A stretch of 64,000 nt of DNA from Malacoraja senta. Taxonomy: Eukaryota. Positions within the stretch are counted from its first letter, which is position 1, and each line of letters opens with the position of its first letter. Below, in pieces: positions 51,190-64,000 of this stretch. The notes under the pieces are model-generated. The model saw only the letters and a list, made by a program, of their open reading frames with translations, was not told the origin of the DNA and did not search any database. A program made the translations under genes and the position numbers. The stretch is from positions 1-64,000 of the forward strand of contig JAXLNO010000113.1 of NCBI GenBank assembly GCA_038087875.1, given 5' to 3'.

Positions 51190-51620
51190 AGCCCCTTCCC
51201 CTGTGGCCCCCCTCCCCGTGATATCCTCCCTCTCCCCCACAACCCCCGTCTATTCTCCGAGCTCTCTCCTCCACACCCCCTTCCCCTCCACACCCCCCTC
51301 CCCCCCGCCTCCACACCCCCCCTGCACACACCCCTCCCCAGGGCCTCTATACCCCCCCATCCCCCCTGCCTCCACACCCCCTTCCCCTCCACACCCCCCC
51401 TCTCTGGCTCCACAATGCTCGTTGCCCCCCTCCCGCACAACCCCCACCCCTTCCACACACCCCTCCCTCCCCCACACGGCCCCCGCCCCACTCCCCCCTC
51501 CCCCACACCACCCCTCCCCCCACTCCACCCTCTACCCCGCCCACACACCACCCCCCCCTCCTCCCCTCCGACCCCATACCCCCCTTCCCACACACACCCC
51601 TTCCATCCCCCGCCCTCCCC
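51190..51620. repeat. C-rich low-complexity tract (G-rich on -) inside Helitron B
   Basis: Repeated ctccacacccccc / cccttcccc units. Confidence 0.85.
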
Positions 51621-53517
51621 TCGCACACATGAAGAGGAGGGGGAGGGAGTGCTAGGGGATGAGGGGAAATGAGCCGTGCCTGCATAGTTTGGGGCTATTA
51701 CATAGAAACATAGAAAATAGGTGCAGGAGGAGGCCATTCAGCCCTTCGAGCCAGCACCGCCATTCATTGTGATCATGGCTGATCGTTCCCTATCAATAAC
51801 CCGTGCCTGCCTTCTCCCCATATCCCTTGACTCCACTAGCCCCTAGAGCTCTAACTAACTCACTCTTAAATCCATCCAGTGACTTGGCCTCCACTGCCCT
51901 CTGTGGCAGGGAATTCCATAAATTCACAACTGTCTGGGCGAAAATGTTTTTTCCCACCTCAGTCTTAAATGACCTCCCCTTTATTCTAAGACTGTGGCCC
52001 CTGGTTCTGGACTCGCCCAACATTGGGAACATTTTTCCTGCATCTAGCTTGTCCAGTCCTTTTATAATTTTATATGTTTCTATAAGATTCCCCTTCATCC
52101 TTCTAAACTCCAGTGAATACAAGCCTAGTCTTTTCAACCTTTCCTCATTTGACAGTCCCGCCATCCCAGGGATCAATCTCGTGAACCGACGCTGCACTGC
52201 CTCAATCACAAGGATGTCCTTCCTCAAATTAGGAGACCAAAACTGTACACAATACTCCAGATGTGGTCTCACCAGAGCCCTATACAACTGCAGAAGAACC
52301 TCTTTACTCCTATACTGAAATCCTCTTTGTTATGAAGGCCAACATTCCATTAGCTTTCTTCACTGCCTGCTGTACCTGTAAGCCAACTTTCAAGGACGCC
52401 CAGGTCTCGCTGCACCTCCCCCTTACCCAACCTAACCCTATTGAGATAATAATCTGCCCCCTTGTTTTTGCCGCCAAAGTGGATAACCTCACATTTATCT
52501 ATATTATACTGCATCTGCCACGCATCTGCCCACTCACTCAACCTGTCCAGGTCACCCTGCAACCTCCTAACATCCTCTTCACAGTTCACACTGCCACCCA
52601 GCTTTGTGTCATCCACAAACTTGCTAGTGTTGCTCCTGATTCCCTCTTCCAAATCATTAATATATATGGTAAACAGTTGCGGCCCCAACACCGAGCCTTG
52701 CAGCACTCCACTCGCCACTACCTGCCATTCTGAAAAGGACCCGTTCACTCCTACTCTTTGCTTCCGGTCTGCCAACCAATTTTCTATCCATGTCAACACC
52801 CTACCCCCAATACCATGTGCTCTAATTTTAGTCACCAGTCTCCCGTGCGGGACCTTATCAAAGGCTTTCTGAAAGTCTAGATACACTACATCCACTGGCA
52901 CCCCTTCATCCATTTTACTTGTCACATCCTCAAAAATTTCCAGAAGATTAGTCAAGCATGATTTCCCTTTCATAAATCCATGTTGACTTGGATGATCCTT
53001 TTACTGCTATCCAAATGCCCCATTATTACCTCTTTAATAATTGACTCCAGCAACTTTCCCACCACCGAAGTCAGGCTAACTGGTCTGTAAATCCACGTTT
53101 TCTCTCTCGCTCCTTTCTTGAAAACTGGGATAACATTAGCTATCCTCCAATCCACAGGAACTGATCCTGAATCTATAGAACATTGGAAAATGATCACCAA
53201 TGCGTCCACTATTTCTAGAGCCACCTCCCTGAGGACCCTGGGATGCAGACCATCAGGTCCAGGGGATTTATCATCCTTCAGTCCCATTAGCCTACCCAAT
53301 ACTATTTCTCGCCAAATGAAAATTTCTTTCAGTTCCTCTACCCCCTTAGATCCTGTCCTCCAGTACAACTGGGAGATTGTTGTGTCTTCCTTAGTGAAGA
53401 CAGATCCAAAGTACCTATTCAACTCTTCTGCCCTTTCCTTGTTGCCCATAATAATTTCACCCGTGTCTGCCTTCAAGGGACCCACATTTGACTTTGCTAC
53501 TCTTTTTCCCTTAACAT

Positions 53518-56500
53518 CTGCAAAGGCTACTGGGGAGACTTTAAACTAGAATGGTTGGGGGGAGGGACTCAAATAGAGAAAGCTATTAGACAGTGTGTGA
53601 GGCAGGAGGCAGAGAAGGAAAGCACTCAGACCCAACATGTAGGGGGGAAAGAAGAAAACAATAATAAACAGAGAATAAGAGGTGGTGGGTTTCTTAAATG
53701 GGTGAGCAGAGAAACAGAGGGGTGTAAAATGCGGGCGGAAGCAATAGGTAGCAAGGTGAAAAGTAAAAGTGGCAGGCAGACAAATCCAGGGCAAAAATCA
53801 AAAAGGGCCACTTTTCAACATAATTATATAAGGGGTAAGAGCGTTGTAAAAACAAACCTGAAGGCTTTGTGTCTCAATGCAAGGAGCATTCGTAATAAGG
53901 TGGATGTGTTGAACGTGCAGATAGCTATTAATGATTATGATATAGTTGGGATCACGGAGACATGGCTCCAGGGTGACCAAGGCTGGGAGCTGAACATCCA
54001 GGGATATTCAATATTCAGGAGGGATAGAGAGAAAGGAAAAGGAGGTGGGGTAGCGTTGCTGGTTAGAGAGGAGATTAACGCAGTGGAAAGGAAGGACATT
54101 AGCTTGGAGGATGTGGAATCGGTATGGGTAGAGCTGCGAAACACTAAGGGGCAGAAAACGCTGGTGGGTGTTGTGTACAGGCCACCTAGCAGTAGTAGTG
54201 AAGTTGGGGATGGCATCAAACAGGAAATTAGAAATGCGTGCAACAAAGGCAAAACAGTTATAATGGGTGACTTCAATCTACATATAGATTGGGTGAATCA
54301 AATTGGCAGGGGTGCTGAGGAAGAGGATTTCTTGGAATGTATGCGGGATAGTTATCTAAACCAACATGTAGAGGAACCAACGAGAGAGCAGGCTATTCTA
54401 GACTGGGTATTGAGTAATGAGGAAGGGTTAGTTAGCCGTCTTGTTGTGCGTGCCCCCTTGGGCAAGAGCGACCATAATATGGTTGAGTTCTTCATTAGGA
54501 TGGAGAGTGACATTGTTAATTCAGAAACAATGGTTCTGAACTTAAAGAAAGGTAACTTTGAGGGTATGAGACGTGAATTGGCCAAGATTGACTGGCAATT
54601 AGTTCTAAAAGGGTTGACGGTGGTGGATATGCAATGGAAGGCATTTAAAGACTGCATGGATAAACTACAAAAATTGTTCATCCCAGTTCGGCAAAAGAAT
54701 AAATCAGGGAAGGTAGTGCATCCGTGGATAACAAGGGAAATCAGGGATAGTATCATAGCAAAAGATGATGCGTACAAATTAGCCAGAAAAAGCAGCATAC
54801 CAGAGGACTGGGAGAAATTCAGAGACCTGCAGAGGAGGACAAAGGGCTTAATTAGGAAAGGGAAAATAGATTATGAAAGAAAACTGGCAGGGAACATAAA
54901 AACTGACTGCAAAAGTTGTTATAGATATGTGAAGAGAAAGAGATTAGTTAAAACAAACGTAGGTCCCTTGCAGTCAGAAACAGGTGAATTGATCATGGGG
55001 AACAAGGATATGGCGGACCAATTGAATAACTACTTTGGTTCCGTCTTCACTAAGGAAGACATAAATAATCTGCCGGAAATAGCAGGGGACCGCTGGTCAA
55101 AGGAGATGGAGGTACAGAGTGAAATCCAGGTTAGTCGGGAAGTGGTGTTGGGTAAATTGAATGGATTAAAGGCCGATAAATCACCAGGGCCACATATGCT
55201 GCATCCCAGAGTACTTAAGGAAGTAGCTCCAGAAATAGTGGATGCATTAGTGATAATTTTTCAAAACTCTTTAGATTCTCGAGTTGTTCCTGAGGATTGG
55301 AGGGTAGCAAACGTAACCCCACTTTTTAAGAAGGGAGGGAGAGAGAAAACGGGGAATTACAGACCAGTTAGTCTAACATCGGTAGTGGGGAAACTGCTAG
55401 AGTCAGTTATTAAAGATGGGATAGCAGCACATTTGGAAAGTGGTGAAATCATTGGACAAAGTCAGCATGGATTTACGAAAGGTAAATCATGTCTGACGAA
55501 TCTTATAGAATTTTTCGAGGATGTAACTAGTAGAGTGGATAGGGGAGAACCAGTGGATGTGTTGTATCTGGACTTTCAGAAGGCTTTCGACAAGGTCCCA
55601 CATAAGAGATTAATATACAAACTTAAAGCACACGGTATTGGGGGTGCAGTATTGATGTGGATAGAGAACTGGCTGGCAAACAGGAAGCAAAGAGTAGGAG
55701 TAAACGGGTCCTTTTCACAATGGCAGGCAGTGACTAGTGGGGTACCGCAAGGTTCAGTGCTGGGACCCCAGCTATTTACAATTTATATTAATGAACTGGA
55801 TGAGGGAATTGAAGGCAACATCTCCAAGTTTGCGGATGACACTTAGCTGGGGGGCAGTGTTAGCTGTGAGGAGGATGCTAGGAGACTGCAAGGTGACTTG
55901 GATAGGCTGGGTGAGTGGGCAAATGTTTGGCAGATGCAGTATAATGTGGATAAATGTGAGGTTATCCACTTTGGTGGCAAAAACGGGAAAGCAGACTATT
56001 ATCTAAATGGTGGCCGATTAGGAAAAGGGGAGATGCAGCGAGACCTGGGTGTCATGGTACACCAGTCATTGAAAGTAGGCATGCAGGTGCAGCAGGCAGT
56101 GAAGAATGCGAATGGTATGTTAGCTTTCATAGCAAAAGGATTTGAGTATAGGAGCAGGGAGGTTCTACTGCAGTTGTACAGGGTCTTGGTGAGACCACAC
56201 CTGGAGTATTGCGTACAGTTTTGGTCTCCAAATCTGAGGAAGGACATTATAGCCATAGAGGGAGTGCAGAGAAGGTTCACCAGACTGATTCCTGGGATGT
56301 CAGGACTTTCATATGAAGAAAGACTGGATAGACTTGGCTTATACTCGCTAGAATTTAGGAGATTGAGAGGGGATCTTATAGAAACGTACAAAATTCTTAT
56401 GGGGTTGGACAGGCTAGATGCAGGAAGATTGTTCCCAATGTTGGGGAAGTCCAGGACAAGGGGTCACAGCTTAAGGATAAGGGGGAAATCCTTTAAGACC

Positions 56501-56765
56501 GAGATGAGAAAAAACTTTTTCACACAGAGTGGTGAATCTCTGGAACTCTCTGCCACAGAGGGTAGTTGAGGCCAGTTCATTGGCTATATTTAAGAGGGAG
56601 TTAGATGTGGCCCTTGTGGCTAAAGGGATCAGGGGGTATGGAGAGAAGGCAGGTACAGGATACTGAGTTGGATGATCAGCCATGATCATATTGAATGGCG
56701 GTGCAGGCTCGAAGGGCCGAATGGCCTACTCCTGCACCTATTTTCTATGTATCTATGTATCTATG
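53518..56765 (+). mobile_element. CR1 LINE with nearly complete ORF2
   Basis: 6-bp TSD taacat (53512-53517, 56766-56771); (tatctatg)n tail. Confidence 0.96.
53555..56569 (+). pseudogene. CR1 ORF2 (APE + RT), premature stop just after FADDT and a late frameshift
   Basis: 763-aa plus 223-aa ORFs in one frame: CLNARS, GITETWL, MGDFN, SDH, DFQKAFD, VPQGS, FADD; TAG at 55844-55846. Confidence 0.93.
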
Positions 56766-58786
56766 TAACATATCTAAAGAAGCTTTTACTGTCCTTCTTT
56801 ATATTCCTGGCCAGCTTCCCTTCGTACTTCATCTTTGCAGCCCGTATTGCCCGTTTTGTTTCCTTCTGTTGTCCTATGAAAGTTTCCCAATCCTGTCTTC
56901 CGGCTACTCTTTGCTGTGTTATACATCTTTTCTTTTAGTTTTATTCTATCCCTTAACTTCTCTTGTCAGCCACGGTTGCCTCCTACTCCCCTTAGAATCT
57001 TTCTTCCTTTTTGGAATGAAATGATCTTGCGTCTTCCGGATTATGCCCAGAAATTCCTGCCATCGCTGTTCCACCGTCATTCATGCTAGGATCCCTTTCC
57101 AGTCTACCTTGGCCAGCTCCCCTCTCAGGCCTTCATAGTCCCCTTTGTTCAACTGCATCACTGACACTTCCGATTTAACGTTCTTCTTCTCAAATTGCAG
57201 ATTAAAACTAATCATATTATGATCACTACCTCCAAGCGGTTCCTTTACCTCGAGTTCTCTTATCATATCTGGTTCATTGGACAACACTAAATCCAGAATT
57301 GCCTTTTCTCTGGTCGGCTCCATTACAAGCTGCTCTAAGAATCCATCTCAGATTCTCGGCTATTGGTGAGTGGTGGAATATTGCGTTGGACCCAATGGGT
57401 CCCACTTAGTCTAGTATCTGAATACAGAATTCTCAGGCCATTCTTCCATTGAATCTGATCAAAATTATTTGAACAGTACCATAAAAAAGTTGGAAAAATG
57501 TTAGAATTGGACATGTCAACATCACATGCCAACAGCTCTACATAAAAATAATACTGAATAAAAGAAAGTCTCCCCTTTAGATTCGCCCAATTATATTCAT
57601 ATTCACCAGTATCATATTTTGTCTTTTAGAGTTGGTACAGTGGAACTTATTTCTAGCAAACTTGACTAAGCACAAATAAACAGAAGTACATCAAGATGCT
57701 ACGGCTCAAATAGATTGTATCATTGCATAACAATTTTTGATTACTACACTGCAATCAGGGAAGGTACCGTAAGTATTTTAAATTTCAGCAAATATTTCTC
57801 ACAAGATTTCACAGTATGAGTAACATGTCCCACTGCTACCAAAATGAGGCACTATACTTCCAGTTTACAGGTCAGACAGAGCATACGTTTGAACTTATGT
57901 TCCTTAGATGCACTTTCCGTACTTCAAACCAATAGCATTTGTACTTTGCATTTATATGGAAACATTTGCAATTTTCCAATTGACTTACCATGTAACTGAA
58001 TGGAATAATATTCCCATTATGACATAACTGTTTTCACATTTTGAAAGCCCAAGTGCTGATCTTTCAATTTATAGTCCAGATGGTTCAGGGGAGTGTTGCA
58101 AATCACAATTAATTAAATTATTGTCTACACACTTCCAGATCACAACTTGCTGCATTCTCAGTTTCAACAATTTGCCAGCTAATCTCAACTTTTGATTTGG
58201 AAGAGTGATATATTGGGATATTTTTGCTGAGGAACAAAAGCTTGTAATATCTAAGAAATTATCAATGCTTAAGGAACTCCTCTAAAATACTATTTGAAGC
58301 AAAAATTTAAAAAATAATATAATCATGGAATACCCATTCGGAAAATTCTCCCATTTCTTTCAGAATTTTCAGAAAAGGAAGAAACATTAAAACCTAAAAA
58401 AAATTCTGAAAATCTGAAATAAAACCAGATAATGCTGGAAAAGTCAGAAGGTCAGACAACATTTGTAGAAAGAAAAGCAGAGTTAATATTTCAGGTTGAA
58501 GATCCTCTGTAAGTAATCGGAAGACATTTAATTCGAATTTTCAGAAAAGATGTGGAGGAAGGGATGGTTTGGACAAAGGAAATTTCTGATGGGTGAGAAT
58601 GGCCATGGTGACAGCTGTTGGTGGGGGGGGGTGGAACAAAGGAAAATATAAAATGCTGTGATATGGAGTCGAAACTGAGGTAACTGATTGGTGGACAAGG
58701 AAAAACAGTTCAATGTTACAGATATCTATAGATGATCTGGTCAGATCATCAGCTACAATCTGGTCAGTTCTGATACAATCTGGTCA

Positions 58787-59969
58787 GGTCCCACATAGGA
58801 GATTAGTGGGCAAAATTAGGGCACGTGGTATTGGAGGTAGAGTGCTGACATGGATAGAAAATTGGTTGGCAGACAGGAAAGAAAGAGTAGGGATTAACAG
58901 GTACCTTTTAGAATGGCAGGCAGTGACTAGTGGGGTACCACAAGGTTTGGTGCTGGGACCGCAGATACTTACAATATACATCAATGATTTAGATGAAGGG
59001 ATTCAAAGTAACATTAGCAAATTTGCAGATGACACAAAGCTGGGTGGCAGTGTGTGGGCACGTAAAGCTAAACTCTATAAATTGTCTAGATACAGTGAAC
59101 TGTGAGGAGGATGCTATGAGAATGCAGGGTGACTTGGACAGGTTGGGTGAGTGGGCAGATGCATGGCAGATGCAGTTTAATATGGATAAATGTGAGGTTA
59201 TCCACTTTGGTAGCAAAAACAGGATGGCAGATTATTATCTAAATGGTGTCAAGTTGGGAAAAGGGGAAATACAATGGGATCTGGGGGTCCTTATTCATGT
59301 CAATGAAAGTAAGCATGCAGGTACAGTAGGCAGTGAAGAAAGCCAATGGCATGTTGGCCTTCATAACAAGAGGAGTAGAGTATAGGAGCAAAGAGGTCCT
59401 TCTGCAGTTGTATAGGGCTCTAGTGAGACCACACCTGGAGTATTGTGTGCAGTTTTGGTCCCCTAATTTGCTGAAGGACATTCTTGCTATTGAGGGAGTG
59501 CAGCGTTGGTTTACAAGGTTAATTTCCGGGATGGCGGGACTGTCATATGCTGAGAGAATGGAGCGGCTGGGCTTGTATACACTGGAGTTAAGAAGGATGA
59601 GAGAGGATCTTATTGAAACATAAGATTATTAAGGGTTTGGACACGCTAGAGGCAGGAAACATGTTCCCGATGTTGGGGGAGTCCAGAACCAGGGGCCAGA
59701 GTTTAAGAATAAGGGGTAAGCCATTTAGATCGGAGACGAGGAAACACTTCTTCACACAGAGAGTTTTGAGTCTGTGGAATTCTCTGCCTCAGGCCAGTTC
59801 ACTGGATACTTTCAAGAGAGAGCTAGATAGGGCTCTTAAAGATAACAGAGTCAGGGGATATGGGGAGAAGGCAGGAATGGTTACTGATTGGGGATGATCA
59901 GCCATGATTACATTGAATGGCGGCACTGGCTCCAAGAGCCGAATGGCCTACTCCTGCACCTATTGTCTA
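58787..59969 (+). mobile_element. 5'-truncated CR1 with a 43-bp foreign interruption (59055-59097)
   Basis: Same family as 23722-27038; VPHRRL, FADD, LVRPHLEYC; ctattgtcta tail. Confidence 0.93.
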
Positions 59970-60024
59970 TAGATACAGTGAAAAAGTTGAATTTGATGGA
60001 GTTTAGCTTTACGTGCCCATACAG
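59055..60024. mobile_element. Small palindromic MITE-like element split by the CR1
   Basis: tgggcacgtaaagctaaactc (59055-59075) inverted with gagtttagctttacgtgccca (59999-60019). Confidence 0.65.
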
Positions 60025-60736
60025 TAGTAGTGATGATCCTCAAACTTGTAATGGGCAATGTTAGAACAGGGAGGAAGCCTCGGTGTGAGTGGGAAAGAGA
60101 ACTAGTTACAGGTAACTGAAGCTCACTGCAGGTTGAACACTGGTGCCACGCAACATAGTCACCCAATCTGTGTGGTTTCTAGTAAGTATGGAAGACCACA
60201 TCGTGAATACAGTACACTGGATTAGAGGAGGTGCAAATGAATGCTGAGACAGTGTAGTGCAAGTCAGCAACAGCAATTTGGTAATAAGAATGGTGTTCCA
60301 AGACAACATGCAATATTACACTGAAAGGTTTAATGGTATGATAGTATTCATTAAAAATCATATATTAAATTTTTTTTAAATGTTAATGTTCAATTAGTTT
60401 CAAGCACAAGCCGCAAATTTCATTCGCACCCTGTTGAATTTTGTTACTGCTCCCATTACCTTGTCCAAGCAAGATACAGAATAAATTTGCCTCCGCATCA
60501 ACATGTGGATGAATGCTTAAAAACGGATGCGAATCACCTTATTACACTGAAATTTTCCACATCAGCGGGTAATTTTCTGATTCAATATTTCTATTCTCTC
60601 AATTTATAATAACACATTCTGCAATCCATGTTTGTCCAAGTAATGATGAATTTCTCCCTGATTTTTGCATATTGTTACCAGAAATCTCCTGACCACCAAC
60701 AAGTTTTATCCTATATTTTTTTGAAAATGCACTTTT

Positions 60737-62074
60737 ATACTTTTAAAATCCATGGAGCTGATAAATGCTTCATCGATTGTAATCATGTATTGTCTTTCCG
60801 CTGACTGGTTAGCACGCAACAAAAAGCTTTTCAATGTACCTCTGTACACGTGCCAATAAACTAAACTGAACTACTTTTTGGCCAAGGAGTGCAGTGGCAC
60901 AAACATATAATCAATGGGAAAGTTTAGGAATTAAAAGGATCGGGGATATGTATGAAATGGGAAATCTATTATCATTCCAACAATTACAATTAAAATTTAA
61001 ATTGAAAAACAACTAATATTTTAAATATCTTCAGATTTGCGATTTCATGAAGAAATACATACAAGGATATCAAAAAATAACTCCTGACTTATTGGAAGAA
61101 GCAATGAATATTAAAGCTGACACAAAAATTAATATCATATTTATATAATAGTATTTTAAATATAGACCTACCATCGACAGAGGTACTTAGAGAAGAGTAG
61201 GAACGGAATTAATGATAACAATTACGAAGGTTACATGGGAAAAGTACTTGATATACATTCACAAATGTTCGATAAATGCAAGACATAATCTAATTCAATT
61301 TAAAATGTTACATAGATTATATTATTCAAAAACAAGACTGAATAAATTCTATCCAAATATATCCCCCATTTGCGATAAATGTTTATCCCAAAATGCAACT
61401 ATAACACACTCTTTTGTTTCCTGCATAAAACTTTATAGATTTTGGAGTGATATTTTTGAAATATTTACAAAATTATTTAAGATAAGAATGGAACCTAATA
61501 CTGAAATGATTATGTTTGGAGTAATGGAAGATGGGAATAAATTGAACTCATCTCAAAATTTATTTTTTAATTATAGTTTAATAGCAAAAAAATTAATACT
61601 TAAATTTTGGAAAAATACAACAATACCAACGCTTAAAATGTGGATCGCAAGCATGTTGGACACCGCACATCTTGAGGAAATGCGATTCCTCCTAATAGAT
61701 AAATCAGACCAAATTCATAACGAGTTGGTCTCCATTTGTCGTCTTTTTGGAATCATATGGTGCAACACAATTGTAAAAGCTAACTGTCTCAGGACTGGGC
61801 GAGGGATGGTCAAGATTATAAATAATGATCTCCTTACTTCTTTTTTTATTTTTTACTCTCTTTTTCCTATTTTCTTTTCTTCAACTTTCTTCTTTCATTC
61901 TTTTTTTTCTTCTTTTTCACACACTATATATCTCACGTTTTTCTATCCTTTATTATCTAATTTCTTTTTCTTATTCTTCTTTATTATAATAAAAAAATAA
62001 GACGCTGTACATTAAATGTATTATGAAAATATATATTAGGCACTTTGGTGCCATACGATTGAACTTCTAATAAA

Positions 62075-62118
<44 letters not shown>

Positions 62119-62314
62119 AAAAAAATTAACTAAAAAAAAATTAAAAAAAATACTTTTAAAATCCATGGAGCTGATAAATGCTTCATCGATTGTAATCATG
62201 TATTGTCTTTCCGCTGACTGGTTAGCACGCAACAAAAGCTTTTCAATGTACCTCTGTACACGTGCCAATAAACTAAACTGAACTACCTTTTGGCCAAGGA
62301 GTGCAGTGGCACAA
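60737..62314. repeat. Direct repeat 60737-60902 / 62150-62314 flanking L1 copy D
   Basis: Identical except one A-run indel and one T/C substitution. Confidence 0.95.
60903..62149 (+). mobile_element. 5'-truncated L1 copy D (same family as copy C)
   Basis: IHKCSINARHNLIQFK, CDKC..THSF..C; T-rich UTR, aataaa, (TA)n and A tail; flanked by a 166/165-bp direct repeat. Confidence 0.95.
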
Positions 62315-63821
62315 GTGTGGTGGACATAGGAAGAGGAAACATCTTCTGTTCATTTAACTGATCTTGTGTTACAGTTTTAATCTTTGCAGGATAGTTTTCT
62401 CTAAATAATCCATGTTTTTATTGCTCTGGAAACCCCATTCTGAGTCTTGCCCCTGAATTGTGCAAGAATCAAATATCTAATGGAATTATATTTGATAAAA
62501 TATTCATAAACCAAAATCTGCGTGATACTTCAACTTTCATGGGAGATTATTAATTAAATTATTGAAAATTAAAGTGCGACGACTGGAAAGTACAACTATG
62601 TAAATGACACTGTAGTTAAAAACCAGACAATTAGTCAGTGAATTCAACTGAGACTAACTTTGAAAATTCAATTAAATAATTATTTCATTAAAGAATTGAC
62701 TAATTTCTTTTAAGAATAGTAAATTGAGATTGATCTGTTTATAGAATACACAGAAGGTTCAGAAGCTGGAACCCGAGGACTCAAATTGCAAATATTGCAC
62801 CCTTTTTCAAAATAATGTGGGTTAAATCAGGTAACCACAGAGCAGTCAGCTTTACCTGGGTGGTAACTTAAATAGTATGTGCATGGACTAGATGCTGAGC
62901 TTCTTGGAACAGAGGAGGTAGAGAGCAGATCTGATGCAAGCATTTAAAATTATGCAAGTTCCAGACAGCAAAGGTACGATAAAATATTTGCACAGGGGTC
63001 AAGAGCCATGGGGCATAACATAATGATGGCAAAAGATCAAAATATGAAATGATTTTTTTTTTAAAGTGTAGTTTAAAGATACAGCACGGAAACAGGCCCT
63101 TCTGTGCTGCAAGGCAAGAACTCTCTTACGGCACCAACGTACCGCCAGTTAGGTCTTGAATGCACTGCAGGAGTTGTAGTGTTAGCAGATTCATTTGTAG
63201 CATTCAAAAGGAATCTGGATGTAACTGAAAGGAAAGAATCTGCAGGGCATGGGAATTGAAACAACCCGACTTAGTCTTGCACAGAGTGGTATGAAATTGA
63301 AGGACTGGTCACCTTCTCTACTCTATCCATTCTGTGATTCCACTCAAAGGCTTTAATCACACTTCAGTTGGTGACTGGTTCATGGAATAAACTGTTGGTC
63401 ATCTTGGCAAATAGTATATTACAGAAAACTATTATTTTTCCACAATGATAATTGGGCTCATAGTACTGCAAACCTGCTAAAAAGATTTGCTGGACTTAAC
63501 TATTAAAAGGTTAAAACACAGAACATTTAAAAAGTAATGCAAGCTCGGTTTAAAGGAGAAACTTGCATTAATACTTTAAAAAAATCCATATTAAAATAAT
63601 GTTTATTCTATTAATCGTTGAGTGTATAACACATGACATGAATTGGATATAATACGATTGATGAACTAGGAACATTATTTGTATTGCACGGTCCTAATTG
63701 GTTATAATACGATTTGTTTAGAAATTTACAAGCAGAAAAAATCTCCTGGGAGGGGGGATGAAAGTAGTTTAGGAAAACAAAATACAGGTTCCATGTAACC
63801 TCCCTGCAGTTATCAGAGACT

Positions 63822-64000
63822 GGATGACACAAAGCTGGGTGGCAGAGTGAGCTGCGAGGAGGATGTTATGAGCTTCAGGGTGACTTGGATAGGTTGGGTG
63901 AATGGGCAGATGCATGGCAGATGCGATATAATGTGGATAAATGTGAGGTTATCCACTTTGGTGGCAAGAACAGGAAGGCAGATTAATATCTGAATGGTTC
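63822..64000 (+). mobile_element. CR1 fragment running off the window
   Basis: DDTKLGG..QGDLDRLGEWADAWQM..KCEVIHFG. Confidence 0.9.

Larger units (their letters stand above)
51700..57357 (-). mobile_element. CR1 LINE, 5'-truncated, host of another CR1
   Basis: 7-bp TSD ggctatt (51693-51699, 57358-57364); (acatagaa)n tail; EPTREKAILDL, SDH, GPDG, DFQKAFD, LVRPHLEYC. Confidence 0.95.
50625..57414 (+). mobile_element. Non-autonomous Helitron B, split by nested CR1s
   Basis: A|TC start with reiterated TCTAT then ataactaaaactctgatcttg; hairpin ggaccca-a-tgggtcc then cacttagtCTAG|T; termini homologous to Helitron A. Confidence 0.82.

Noticed and set aside
50742..51737. 331-aa Gly-rich and antisense Pro-rich ORFs
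   Set aside because: Low-complexity Helitron interior that runs into a CR1 tail
51803..56391. ORFs antisense to CR1 ORF2
   Set aside because: Shadow frames of RT-coding sequence
60460..60538. Possible minus-strand exon (DSHPFLSIHPHVDAEANLFCILLGQ)
   Set aside because: Open frame and a donor-like site, but no polypyrimidine tract
60737..62314. LTR retrotransposon interpretation of the direct repeats
   Set aside because: No TG..CA ends, PBS or PPT; the interior is an L1 3' end with an A tail

Overview
Vertebrate genomic DNA, most likely a cartilaginous fish (skate or ray, inferred from HE1-type SINEs and the CR1/L1/Rex1/Penelope repeat spectrum). By eye about 70% is transposable-element DNA arranged in nested stacks. 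Main content: (i) four L1-clade LINE copies, including one full-length copy with a 16-bp TSD; (ii) several CR1 LINEs plus Rex1/Babar, RTE and Tx1 remnants; (iii) Penelope-like (GIY-YIG) remnants and fold-back derivatives carrying hammerhead-ribozyme-like cores; (iv) two non-autonomous Helitrons (8419-19386, 50625-57414), each split by doubly nested LINEs; (v) non-autonomous TIR DNA transposons. No transposon ORF is intact; some frameshifts could be assembly errors in homopolymers or dinucleotides. Host sequence is limited to a probable minus-strand terminal exon (48149-48220, NLS-like C-terminus) with a ~2 kb 3' UTR, plus weak exon candidates; I could not identify the gene. Most notable: the Helitron pair, a TIR/TSD-perfect hAT element carrying Penelope/hammerhead cargo, a ~166-bp target-site duplication, a split CR1 interrupted by flanking DNA, and a perfect 114-bp inverted duplication. 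I found no well-supported novel protein-coding system.
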